Of a stretch of DNA of 64,000 nucleotides, positions 10,241 to 18,504 are shown one piece after another. A program made the translations under genes and the position numbers. Below the pieces are notes generated by a model. That model was not told the DNA's origin and searched no databases. It saw only the letters and a list, made by a program, of their open reading frames with translations. The stretch comes from an uncultured Desulfatitalea sp. (GTDB lineage Bacteria > Desulfobacterota > Desulfobacteria > Desulfobacterales > Desulfosarcinaceae), in NCBI GenBank assembly GCA_963668675.2, contig CAXXMB010000001.1, forward strand, positions 928,001-992,000, in the 5' to 3' direction. Position 1 is the stretch's first letter, and every line of letters starts with the position of its first letter.

Positions 10241-11038
10241 ATGATACCGGTTGTCATCCCTTTCTATAAAAACAAAACGCAGCTGGACAAATGTCTTCTC
10301 CACCTACGCCAGCAAACCATGCCCATCGAAGTGTTCATTCGGGACAACTCCGAGGACAATATCTACTTTACGGCCGCCATCAATGAAGGCATTCGCCATT
10401 TTCTCAACCATCCGTCCAATTATATGCTGCTCCTCAACCAGGACATGTACCTTGAACCCACGGCAGTAGAAGAGATGGTCAGCTTCATGAATCGCAATCC
10501 GCGCTGTGGCATCGGCGCACCACTCCAGATACACCCCAAGCAGAACGACTATGTGATCTGGGCAGGATGTTTCGACGCCTTCCCCCTGGGAAAACATCTC
10601 CACGGACCACTCCACCAGTTCAAGAGCGACGAACCGGTCTACTGGGCCAACGGCGCCTGCATGATCGTGCGTAAGGAGATGGTCCAAGAGATCGGCCTGA
10701 TGGACAAGAACCTGGTGTTCATCGGCAGTGACAGCGACTACTCGTTCATGGCCAGAAGCAGGGGGTGGGAAATTTGGCGCATCGCAACGGCCAGCGGGGT
10801 TCACGACCACGGCGCCTCGGGCAATAGCGGCAACCCTCACATCGAACTTCTCAAAATCAAGGACATGCTCTATTTCAGCAAGAAGTGGCTCACCGGGGAC
10901 CTATACAAGATGATGGCTTATGAAGGCAAAGCGCTGACGCCCGAAGCGATCGGATCGTTTATCCGCCAACTGGAGGGGGCCAAACAATCCGTTTCCAGGG
11001 AGATAGAACAGCGTGCCGCACATAAGATAGAGGCATAG
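10241..11038 (+). CDS. Glycosyltransferase family 2
   Basis: VVIPFY, FTAAINEG, LLNQD, ANGACM, SDSDY. Confidence 0.8.
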   Translation: MIPVVIPFYKNKTQLDKCLLHLRQQTMPIEVFIRDNSEDNIYFTAAINEGIRHFLNHPSNYMLLLNQDMYLEPTAVEEMVSFMNRNPRCGIGAPLQIHPKQNDYVIWAGCFDAFPLGKHLHGPLHQFKSDEPVYWANGACMIVRKEMVQEIGLMDKNLVFIGSDSDYSFMARSRGWEIWRIATASGVHDHGASGNSGNPHIELLKIKDMLYFSKKWLTGDLYKMMAYEGKALTPEAIGSFIRQLEGAKQSVSREIEQRAAHKIEA

Positions 11039-11039
11039 C

Positions 11040-11879
11040 TCATCGCGTCGGTCGCAACTCCTTGAGCACTTCAAAAAGATCGGTGGGACTCATAGCATTG
11101 GCAGCGGCGATCGCTTTCAGGGTCAAACGCCCACTGGCCGATATTTTCTTGCTTTTCAAATACTGAATCGTCTTCTCCGTGTCGAGCTGGTATTGCGCGC
11201 AGAATTCGTCCAATGAAAGGCTGCCGGTGCCCGGTGCCGGTGTTTCGGGCATACGATTGACAGCGGCCTGCGTTTTCTCCGTTTGCAGTGCCGCCGGTTG
11301 GATCACCATGAAGATCTGCTGTGGGGCGATGCCGTTTCGCTTGGCAATTTCGGCCAGTGTGGCATCGGCAGACGCATCTCTATAGCCGGACTCTTCGAGA
11401 AGCATCAGACTGTTGGCGAGATCGAGGTTCATCTTGCCTGTAAAACTTTTCAAGGTGGAAAGCTCTGCATGTCCGTAAGGAGGTTCGCCGTATTTGGCGG
11501 AGGCCGTCTCCTTGAAGTGGTCGTTGAGGGCCATCACCCAGCTGAAGGGCGGAATCAGAAAGTAGCTGCCTATCGTGCATAGCACCGTGATCGCCAGCGC
11601 GATATTGAACTCTCGGGTAAAAAGCTTGAAACGGCGGGCCCTGTCCTTGAGATAGGCCATCAGTGGTTTCCAGTTGTAGTAGATGTGCAGCCCCAATGCG
11701 ATCAGAAAGAGAAAGCCGAGGTTGATATGGATATTGCCCCAATCGGTTTTGCTCAATCCCCACAGCCGCCAGTCGGCCCAGTAAGCGACCCTGCCCTGGG
11801 GAACGATGTAGAGAATGATGCTCGTCAGCACGACGAGCAGAAACGTAAGTGCCGCGGTCAATGAAGTAATTCTTCTCAT
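11040..11879 (-). CDS. DUF4405-family membrane protein
   Basis: TSIILYIVPQGRVAYW..W..IH...LHIYYNW transmembrane region with conserved His; PPYGHAEL. Confidence 0.75.
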   Translation of the reverse strand: MRRITSLTAALTFLLVVLTSIILYIVPQGRVAYWADWRLWGLSKTDWGNIHINLGFLFLIALGLHIYYNWKPLMAYLKDRARRFKLFTREFNIALAITVLCTIGSYFLIPPFSWVMALNDHFKETASAKYGEPPYGHAELSTLKSFTGKMNLDLANSLMLLEESGYRDASADATLAEIAKRNGIAPQQIFMVIQPAALQTEKTQAAVNRMPETPAPGTGSLSLDEFCAQYQLDTEKTIQYLKSKKISASGRLTLKAIAAANAMSPTDLFEVLKELRPTR

Positions 11880-11903
11880 TCAGTCAAGTTCCTCTCGAAC
11901 GAT

Positions 11904-13994
11904 CTACCGACGTGTTGACCCGCCCACACTGGGAAACATCTCCAGATTGGTGTGCGGCAAAAAGAGTGCTGAAGTGAATTCGTCCATATAGCTCGGGTTG
12001 CTGGAGAAGTCGATGTAGGTCATCTGATTGCACACCTGGCTCGCCTCCAGTCGGTGCTTTCCGGACAACAGGGCCATATAGGCCCCCACAATCGAGCTGT
12101 TGCCAAGGTAGACGAATTTGCTTCGTTCGATATCCGGTAGCAGACCGATGCGGATCGCCTTTTCGATGTTGATGTATTGCCCGAATCCGCCCGTGATCAC
12201 CACTCTGTCCACCATGGCGAAATCGAGGCCGGCCACGCCCAGAAGGGTAGTAAATCCTGCATAGACAGCACCTTTGCTGTAGATCAGGTTTTTAATGTCT
12301 GATTCGGTAAAAACGATCTCCTCCCCCATGGGCGTCTCTTCTGCCGATGCGAGGACATAGCCCCATTCATCCTTGATGCGCCGGACAAATGCACTGTCCT
12401 CCTCAGCGACAAAGACGCCCCTACGGTCGATGATACCGGCCCGAAGCAGTTCGGACATCAAGTCGATCATGCCTGATCCGCAAATGCCGCGCGGGGGCGC
12501 ATCGCCCACAGTGACATATTGCGGTGGCTGGTCCGCATCCTCTATGGTGACCCGTTCGATGGCCCCCTCTTCCGCTCGCATGCCCCAACGGATGCCGCCC
12601 CCCTCGAATGCAGGTCCGGCACTGCAAGCGGCGGTCATGAGCCACTCCATGTTGCCCACAACGATTTCACCGTTGGTCCCCACATCGATAAAGAGGGTCA
12701 ACGGCGCTTCGCGATGAAAACCGGCATACAGCAGACCGGATACGATATCGCCCCCCACATAGCTGGCAGGCCCCGGCATCACGAAGACCGCGGCCACGGG
12801 GTTGGCATTCAGGCCGATCTCTCCGGCTTTTAGAATGGGGAATTCCGTGATGGTGGGAATGTAGGGCTCTCTGCGAATGTAGCGAGGCTCGATCTTCAAG
12901 AGCAGGTGGGACATGGTGGTATTACCCGAAATCACAACGTTCTTGATCCTGTCCGCGTCGGTCCCGGCGGCGTCCAGGACCTCCTCGATCAAACCATTGA
13001 TCGTGGACAGCGCCATTCGACTCAACTTCTTTACCCCGTCTTTTTCTGCACAGATGATACGGTTGATGACATCATCTCCGCAGGTGGCCTGTCGGTTATG
13101 GCCCGATGCGGCGGCAAGGATGGCGCCGTCGGACATGTCCACCAGGTAGGCCACAATCGTTGTGGTGCCCACATCGATGGCCAGGCCCAGCGGCGAACCG
13201 GCTGTGCCGCCCGGGCGTACCTCGAGAATCTCATTGGCGCATTTTTGTCGGATCACTGAGACCGTGACCCGCCAATTGTCCTGGCGAACAGCCTCCGAAA
13301 GCTGTCGGATGACCGGCATGCCCACATTAAGACAATCGATATCACACCCTTCTGCTTTAAGCCCACGTCGCAAGCGGTCCAGATCGCTCACCGAATCGTC
13401 GAGGGTGGGAGGCGTCAGATTCACATGAAACTCCTGAAGCATGGGCTCGATGGTCGTTACCAGGCCCTTGAGTTTGGCGGTCGCCTCCTCCCCTTGCCCT
13501 GCCACCTTGAGTCGTTGCTGGATCGACTCTTCGGGTATCCGAACGACCGTATCCGAGGTCAGCTTGGTCTGGCAGGCGAGCACATACCCCTTGGCCTTCT
13601 CTTGGTCGCTGAGCAGTGGTGTCGGAGAGGTTTCCGGACTGCCCGACTCGACCACCAATTTGCATTTTCCACAGGCCCCCTTTCCGTTGCACGAGGCGTT
13701 GATGTGCACGCCGGCTTCATTGGCCGCATCCAACAGTGTGCTGTTGGCAGCGACGGTCACGGACCTGTTCTCCGCCTGAAACGTGACTTCGAATGTTTCG
13801 GCCCTCTCCTCCTTAGCCTCTTCAGCTTCCCACCCCTCTTTTCGTTTGCTCATGAACCATATTGGACATGATGAACGGTATTTGCAGTAAAGCTCAGGAT
13901 CTTGGCAGGTGAGACACCCTTCGCACAGGTAGGTGTTGTATTTCATGCAGAGAAAGCTGGTTTCGATCTCCGGATGACAAGAACATTGGCCCAT
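11904..13994 (-). CDS. ASKHA/DUF4445 ATP-dependent reductive activator of corrinoid proteins (RACo) with 2Fe-2S domain and an extra N-terminal Cys-rich domain
   Basis: CNGKGACGKC...LACQ ferredoxin motif; IDVGTTT, YVGGD, IDVGTNGE, CSAGPAFEGG, GICGSG. ATG 13994 has an RBS. Confidence 0.9.
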   Translation of the reverse strand: MGQCSCHPEIETSFLCMKYNTYLCEGCLTCQDPELYCKYRSSCPIWFMSKRKEGWEAEEAKEERAETFEVTFQAENRSVTVAANSTLLDAANEAGVHINASCNGKGACGKCKLVVESGSPETSPTPLLSDQEKAKGYVLACQTKLTSDTVVRIPEESIQQRLKVAGQGEEATAKLKGLVTTIEPMLQEFHVNLTPPTLDDSVSDLDRLRRGLKAEGCDIDCLNVGMPVIRQLSEAVRQDNWRVTVSVIRQKCANEILEVRPGGTAGSPLGLAIDVGTTTIVAYLVDMSDGAILAAASGHNRQATCGDDVINRIICAEKDGVKKLSRMALSTINGLIEEVLDAAGTDADRIKNVVISGNTTMSHLLLKIEPRYIRREPYIPTITEFPILKAGEIGLNANPVAAVFVMPGPASYVGGDIVSGLLYAGFHREAPLTLFIDVGTNGEIVVGNMEWLMTAACSAGPAFEGGGIRWGMRAEEGAIERVTIEDADQPPQYVTVGDAPPRGICGSGMIDLMSELLRAGIIDRRGVFVAEEDSAFVRRIKDEWGYVLASAEETPMGEEIVFTESDIKNLIYSKGAVYAGFTTLLGVAGLDFAMVDRVVITGGFGQYINIEKAIRIGLLPDIERSKFVYLGNSSIVGAYMALLSGKHRLEASQVCNQMTYIDFSSNPSYMDEFTSALFLPHTNLEMFPSVGGSTRR

Positions 13995-14100
13995 TATGTC
14001 ACTCCCTCTATGGGTGCGGCGGTCGCGCCGTATCAAACAGATCGTAGCGCCCCTCTTCGGTCTTCATAAAATTAACCGCATGAAGAGGCTTGCATGCATC

Positions 14101-14583
14101 TCAATCAAGCGGCAGCGCCTCGATAGCTGCCCTGAGATCGGCTTCATCCTGTGCATCCGGATGGCCGACAGCACCGTCCGCATCTTTAATCCACGGCGGT
14201 GGAGGGCTCTTTTTGCTCACCTTTTCAAGCACCTTTGGATTCACTTCTCCCTGGCAACTGAATTGCCCAATGAAGCTGGCCGAAGGCGCCAGGGATTTGG
14301 CATGTGCGAGCGCATCGTGGGCATGCTTGGAATTTGCCGCGGCGCCATGCGTGGCGAACAGGAAAAGCCGCGCCTTTCCTACTTTGGCGAGATATTCAGC
14401 CGTTTTGGGGTCGGGTTTGCCACCCTGAAGCCAGAAACCGAGAAACAGGACTTCGTCTTCACCCGGTTTAGGAGCCTCCTCTATTGGGAGCATGTTTTTT
14501 TCCATGGAGAGGCTTTCATAAATGGATTGAGCCAATTTGCGTGTGTTGCCGCTTTGACTTGAATAGACAATTAGTGCCTTCAT
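14101..14583 (-). CDS. Flavodoxin family protein
   Basis: YSSQSGNTRKLA FMN loop, LGFW, FATHG, FSCQG, GHPD. Confidence 0.85.
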   Translation of the reverse strand: MKALIVYSSQSGNTRKLAQSIYESLSMEKNMLPIEEAPKPGEDEVLFLGFWLQGGKPDPKTAEYLAKVGKARLFLFATHGAAANSKHAHDALAHAKSLAPSASFIGQFSCQGEVNPKVLEKVSKKSPPPPWIKDADGAVGHPDAQDEADLRAAIEALPLD

Positions 14584-14700
14584 CTTTTCTGCTCCTGCTC
14601 TAAAATTTTAAGTATCGTGCTTTCGCAAAAGTCCTAAAAGTACTTTTTCCGCTATAGCATCAACAGCTTTCAGCAGCAGACCGCTGCCTGTAGATTACGC

Positions 14701-14898
14701 TCATGAAAAAGGTGAATTCCCGGCTGGCTTGCAAAATCCGCTCTTTGCCCCGTCAAACGCGCTAACGCAACTGATCAGCTTGCTGACCTCAGCGCTACCG
14801 CATTTGGGACAGCTGATCTCTTCTTTGTTTTCAGCAGATAGGATCAGTTTCTCAAAGCAGTGTTGACACGATTTGCATTGAAACTCGAATATGGGCAT
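14701..14898 (-). CDS. FmdB-family zinc-ribbon protein
   Basis: MPIFEFQCKSC...CPKCGS; GAGG RBS. Confidence 0.85.
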   Translation of the reverse strand: MPIFEFQCKSCQHCFEKLILSAENKEEISCPKCGSAEVSKLISCVSAFDGAKSGFCKPAGNSPFS

Positions 14899-14945
14899 GT
14901 GGACCTCCTCTATTATTGTAGCGATCTATCGTCTTCCGTCACTTC

Positions 14946-14961
14946 TGCATGGCCTGTGCCA
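14946..14961 (-). promoter_or_regulatory. Sigma-54 promoter for the zinc ribbon-flavodoxin-RACo-DUF4405 genes
   Basis: Minus strand TGGCACAGGCCATGCA = GG-N10-GC. Confidence 0.72.
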
Positions 14962-15058
14962 CACCTCTTTAAATAATATCTTTCTTTATCTTTTCAATAT
15001 GTTTAGGCTCTCTTGATGTCACTTTGTCCCGTCTCAATCCAATGGTTGAAACACGGAC

Positions 15059-15075
15059 TGTTAATTAAGTGAACA
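15059..15075. promoter_or_regulatory. Putative enhancer site TGTT-N9-AACA
   Basis: TGTTAATTAAGTGAACA, about 100 bp upstream of the 14946 promoter; resembles the sites at 17684 and 17707. Confidence 0.5.
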
Positions 15076-16075
15076 CCTTATGTCCATCTGTTCGAATGGC
15101 CGATATGATGAAGCCGACTCTCTGGGCGAAGATGGCCAGAGAGATCACCTGGATGACATATGCGATAATTAAGCAGACCATCATCGGCGCGGCCTGCTCG
15201 AGTGAAAACGTCGACATGACCAGCGCCATGCAGATATTGATATGCCGTGCAACCGAAGTGTAGACCAGCACGACTGATTTGTCACCTGGCACCACTCCTC
15301 TTTTGGCCAGTCGCATCGACCAGAGGCCGCTCACGAAATAGAGCGCTGCATAGTAAAGGAGCACGGGAAGAGCGATGGCCAGGAGCAGCGAGGTGTTTTC
15401 GAACAGCATTTTATTGCGCGGCAGGGACATGGCCATAAAAATCAACCCCAGAACGCCCAGCGCACTGACGCTGCTCAACACCGGTTTGACGCGCTGCATG
15501 AAAAATGCGTTCCCTTTTCGGCGAACAATCGCTTTTCGGGTAAAGTCCCCTAAAATGAGTGGCACAAAGAAGACGATGGCCAGATTGAGGATGATCGCGG
15601 TCGTCTTGATCTGCATGGCGCTTCCCACCAAAACCGGATAGAAGAAAGGAAGTGCGATCAACGCTGCAAAGACAATGTTGATAGGGATCAGATAGAGGGC
15701 TGTGGCTGTACTGCCTTTCGAAAACGAAGTCCACGCCACACTCATGGCACTGGTCGGAACAAGGGAGAGCAGCAACAGGGCGGCAACCGTCTCAGGGTAA
15801 GCCATGAGGAACAGTTTAGCCAGTCCATAGGCAATGGCCGGAGAAACGATAAAATTGATGGTCAGGCTGCAAAACAGCGGCCGGGGTTCCTTGAAATGCT
15901 TCAACACCTCGATGATGCGGGAGTTGATCAGCACTGGAAAAATCACCAGCAGGACAACATAACCGATGAGAACTGTTCTGGGCACCACAAAACCGCCGGT
16001 AATATGAATATTGGCTATGGCCAATATAATCGTTAAGACCATGTAGATGTGAAGGTTTTCCTTGATGTGCTTCAT
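15065..16075 (-). CDS. Acr3/SBF (BART superfamily) transporter
   Basis: About 10 hydrophobic segments, INF..SP, PTSAMSVAWT, ARHINI. ATG 16075 follows a strong RBS. Confidence 0.8.
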   Translation of the reverse strand: MKHIKENLHIYMVLTIILAIANIHITGGFVVPRTVLIGYVVLLVIFPVLINSRIIEVLKHFKEPRPLFCSLTINFIVSPAIAYGLAKLFLMAYPETVAALLLLSLVPTSAMSVAWTSFSKGSTATALYLIPINIVFAALIALPFFYPVLVGSAMQIKTTAIILNLAIVFFVPLILGDFTRKAIVRRKGNAFFMQRVKPVLSSVSALGVLGLIFMAMSLPRNKMLFENTSLLLAIALPVLLYYAALYFVSGLWSMRLAKRGVVPGDKSVVLVYTSVARHINICMALVMSTFSLEQAAPMMVCLIIAYVIQVISLAIFAQRVGFIISAIRTDGHKVFT

Positions 16076-16118
16076 GCACCTTCCTTCCTCGAGCATGAAC
16101 GGCAAAAATCTTACCACT

Positions 16119-16191
16119 TCTCCTTCCATCCCTGTTGCAGGGCCTTCGGGGGCTCCCCCTCAGGCCCATGCAACCGGGAGTGGAACGGAGA
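16119..16191 (-). other. Long imperfect RNA hairpin in the transporter 5' leader
   Basis: CTCC/TTCCA/TCCC/GTTGCA/GGGCCT/GGGG arms pair with their complements across about 70 nt. Confidence 0.55.
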
Positions 16192-16218
16192 TATAGCTGC
16201 CAAGCTGAGATGAAGCTT

Positions 16219-16236
16219 TTGCACAATATGTGCCGG
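16219..16236 (-). promoter_or_regulatory. Sigma-54 promoter for the Acr3-like gene
   Basis: Minus strand CCGGCACATATTGTGCAA = GG-N10-GC. Confidence 0.6.
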
Positions 16237-16288
16237 AAAAAACAATGCAATGTTTTTCAGAATCCGTTGCCGTTGAGATAAACGCGTG

Positions 16289-17674
16289 TCACGGTTTTTG
16301 AAAATCATTCGGCCGCATGCCAAAGCGCTTCATCTGCTGCCATACGCTGGTGCGTGAAATGCCCAACATCCTCGCGGCTTCCGATTGATTGCCTCGGCTC
16401 TGCAGCAGAGCGTTCTGCAGGCTTTGCTTTTTGGTCTCTTCGAGCGTCAGCGCGGAGGCGATGATTGGGCCGCTGGTGCGCCGCTCACCCGTCAGGATAT
16501 GGGCGGGAAAATTATCGGGGCGAATCATCGTATCCTGGCATGATACAAATGCGAATTCGAAAGCGCTCTTCAGCTCGCGCACATTGCCGGGCCACCGATA
16601 GTGGGTCAGCACATCGAGTGCTTCGTTGGAGATGCCTTCGATACGCTTGCCGCTTTTGAGTTGAATGCGATGGAAGAAAGCGCTGGCAAGCAATGCAATA
16701 TCTCCGCTTCGCTCTCGCAGCGGGGGCACATGGATTGGAATCACGTTGATCCGGTAGAAGAAGTCTTCACGAAACTGCCCTTGATCGATCAGTGACTGCA
16801 AATCACGGTTCGTCGCAGAGATGATGCGCACATCCACCCGGATGGGCCGATGATCGCCAACGCGCTCGACCACCTTCTCCTCGAGGACTCTCAACAGTTT
16901 TACCTGTGTGGAGAGGGGTAAGTCACCGATTTCGTCAAGAAAAATACTGCCCCGATCGGCCGCTTCGAAACGTCCTTCACGGCTGCGATGCGCGCCGGTG
17001 AACGCCCCCTTTACATGGCCGAAAAGCTCACTCTCCAGCAACGATTCATTTAGGGCGGCGCAATTTACCTTTATATATGGCTGTTTTTCCCGCAACCCTG
17101 TTTTATGAATCGCCCTGGCTACCAGCTCCTTGCCGGTACCGCTCTCGCCATAGACAATGACGGGGGCGTCCGATTGGGCCGCATTGGAGATCAGTTCGAA
17201 CACCTTCTGCATAGGGGCCGACATGCCGATCATCCCATGAAAGCGCTCCTCCTCATCAAGCTGCCTGCGGTATGTTTCGATCTGAGCCTCTTTCTCCATC
17301 AGGTCAGTCACATCGGTGATCGTCTCCACAGCCCCCGTGATATTGCCGGCCTCATCCTTTAGTACCGATGCATTCTTGAGGATGTGCACCGGCCGGCCAT
17401 CCTTGCGAATCAGCACGCATTTCTGCTTTTTAAGATTCCCCTTCTGAAACATGACGCACCAGTGGCAGCCATCGGACTTGCGGGCCAATTCGCAGGCACT
17501 GCAGTTGAGCATGGCACAAGAGTTGCCCAAAATCTCTTCCCGCCGGTAACCGGTAATCTCTTCAAATCCGCGGTTGACCGAAACAATAGTCCCGTCTGGA
17601 CTGACGATCATGACACCGTCCTGGATGGTATCGACCACGGCTTTCCAATAATCGTTCAAGATATTCGTTTTCAT
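16289..17674 (-). CDS. Sigma-54-dependent activator (PAS-AAA+-Fis HTH); alternative GTG start at 17683
   Basis: [36 protein letters not shown]-terminal HTH; Cys-rich PAS. Confidence 0.93.
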   Translation of the reverse strand: MKTNILNDYWKAVVDTIQDGVMIVSPDGTIVSVNRGFEEITGYRREEILGNSCAMLNCSACELARKSDGCHWCVMFQKGNLKKQKCVLIRKDGRPVHILKNASVLKDEAGNITGAVETITDVTDLMEKEAQIETYRRQLDEEERFHGMIGMSAPMQKVFELISNAAQSDAPVIVYGESGTGKELVARAIHKTGLREKQPYIKVNCAALNESLLESELFGHVKGAFTGAHRSREGRFEAADRGSIFLDEIGDLPLSTQVKLLRVLEEKVVERVGDHRPIRVDVRIISATNRDLQSLIDQGQFREDFFYRINVIPIHVPPLRERSGDIALLASAFFHRIQLKSGKRIEGISNEALDVLTHYRWPGNVRELKSAFEFAFVSCQDTMIRPDNFPAHILTGERRTSGPIIASALTLEETKKQSLQNALLQSRGNQSEAARMLGISRTSVWQQMKRFGMRPNDFQKP

Positions 17675-17683
17675 TGTCCACAC

Positions 17684-17723
17684 TGTTCAATAAGTTAACA
17701 CCAGATTGTCCACATACTTAACA
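17684..17723. promoter_or_regulatory. Tandem enhancer (UAS) sites TGT(T/C)-N9-AACA
   Basis: TGTTCAATAAGTTAACA (17684-17700) and TGTCCACATACTTAACA (17707-17723). Confidence 0.6.
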
Positions 17724-17753
17724 GATATATCTTTCTATCGCAAGTGGGAGGGT

Positions 17754-17766
17754 TAACTGATTGATA
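17754..17766 (-). promoter_or_regulatory. IHF binding site
   Basis: Minus strand TATCAATCAGTTA matches WATCAANNNNTTR exactly and lies between the UAS and the sigma-54 promoter. Confidence 0.65.
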
Positions 17767-17794
17767 CCTATCAAGATATGTATAAATATGATGA

Positions 17795-17811
17795 CTGGCA
17801 TCCGGATTGCA
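17795..17811 (+). promoter_or_regulatory. Sigma-54 promoter for the tusA-like/dsrE/persulfide reductase operon
   Basis: CTGGCATCCGGATTGCA = GG-N10-GC. Confidence 0.8.
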
Positions 17812-17877
17812 ATTGCTTTAAGCAGACTATTTCGATAACGATGTCGGCGCTAAAACGTCTGTATACGGCTGAGACTT

Positions 17878-18114
17878 ATGGTAACTTTTGATTTGCGAGA
17901 AACGATCATACCCTTTTCCATGCTGCAGATCTGCAATTACTTCAAGCAGATGAAAACAGGTGACGTGATCGAAATCATCAGCTTTGATGCCGGCATAGAG
18001 AAGGAGCTTAAGTGCATCCTGCCGGAATCGGCTTGCGAGACCACCTTCAAGCCCCTGCCAACCACAGAACGAATCGAATACTGTATCTATCTTCGCAAAA
18101 TCATTAACTGTTAA
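17878..18114 (+). CDS. TusA/SirA-like small protein lacking the CPxP cysteine
   Basis: 78 aa; FDLRETIIPF...MKTGDVIEII...D...YCIYLRK follows the TusA pattern. Confidence 0.6.
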   Translation: MVTFDLRETIIPFSMLQICNYFKQMKTGDVIEIISFDAGIEKELKCILPESACETTFKPLPTTERIEYCIYLRKIINC

Positions 18115-18125
18115 AAGGAGCAAAA

Positions 18126-18485
18126 ATGAACGAAAAAGTACTTGTTCTGCTTTCTTGTGGTACGAACAACACCAACCGTTCCACACGCGGCATTCACCTG
18201 GCGACGATCGCCCACAAGGAGGGCAAGGATGTGACCATGTTTCTTCTGGATGAAGCGGTTTATCTGGCCCGGGAGGGCATCATCGAACATGTCCGCGCAG
18301 CTACTGGTGATATTGCCGACGACCTGCTGACCTACCTGCAGGCCAATGAGGTGCCTATTCTGGTATGCACTCCCTGCGCAAAAGCAAGAAAGATAAAAGA
18401 GAGCGAATTGATTGAAGGCGCCCGTATGGCGCCGGCATCGGAAATGATTCACAAGGCATGCGAAAGCACAGTGATCAGTCTCTAA
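18126..18485 (+). CDS. DsrE/DsrF-like sulfur relay protein
   Basis: MFLLDEAVYL, VCTPCAKAR, LIEGA; AGGAG RBS. Confidence 0.85.
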   Translation: MNEKVLVLLSCGTNNTNRSTRGIHLATIAHKEGKDVTMFLLDEAVYLAREGIIEHVRAATGDIADDLLTYLQANEVPILVCTPCAKARKIKESELIEGARMAPASEMIHKACESTVISL

Positions 18486-18504
18486 GAACCAGAAAGGAAA
18501 TATA

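Noticed and set aside
15065..16075. Arsenic resistance operon
   Set aside because: No arsR, arsC or arsM, and the Acr3 cysteine is missing.
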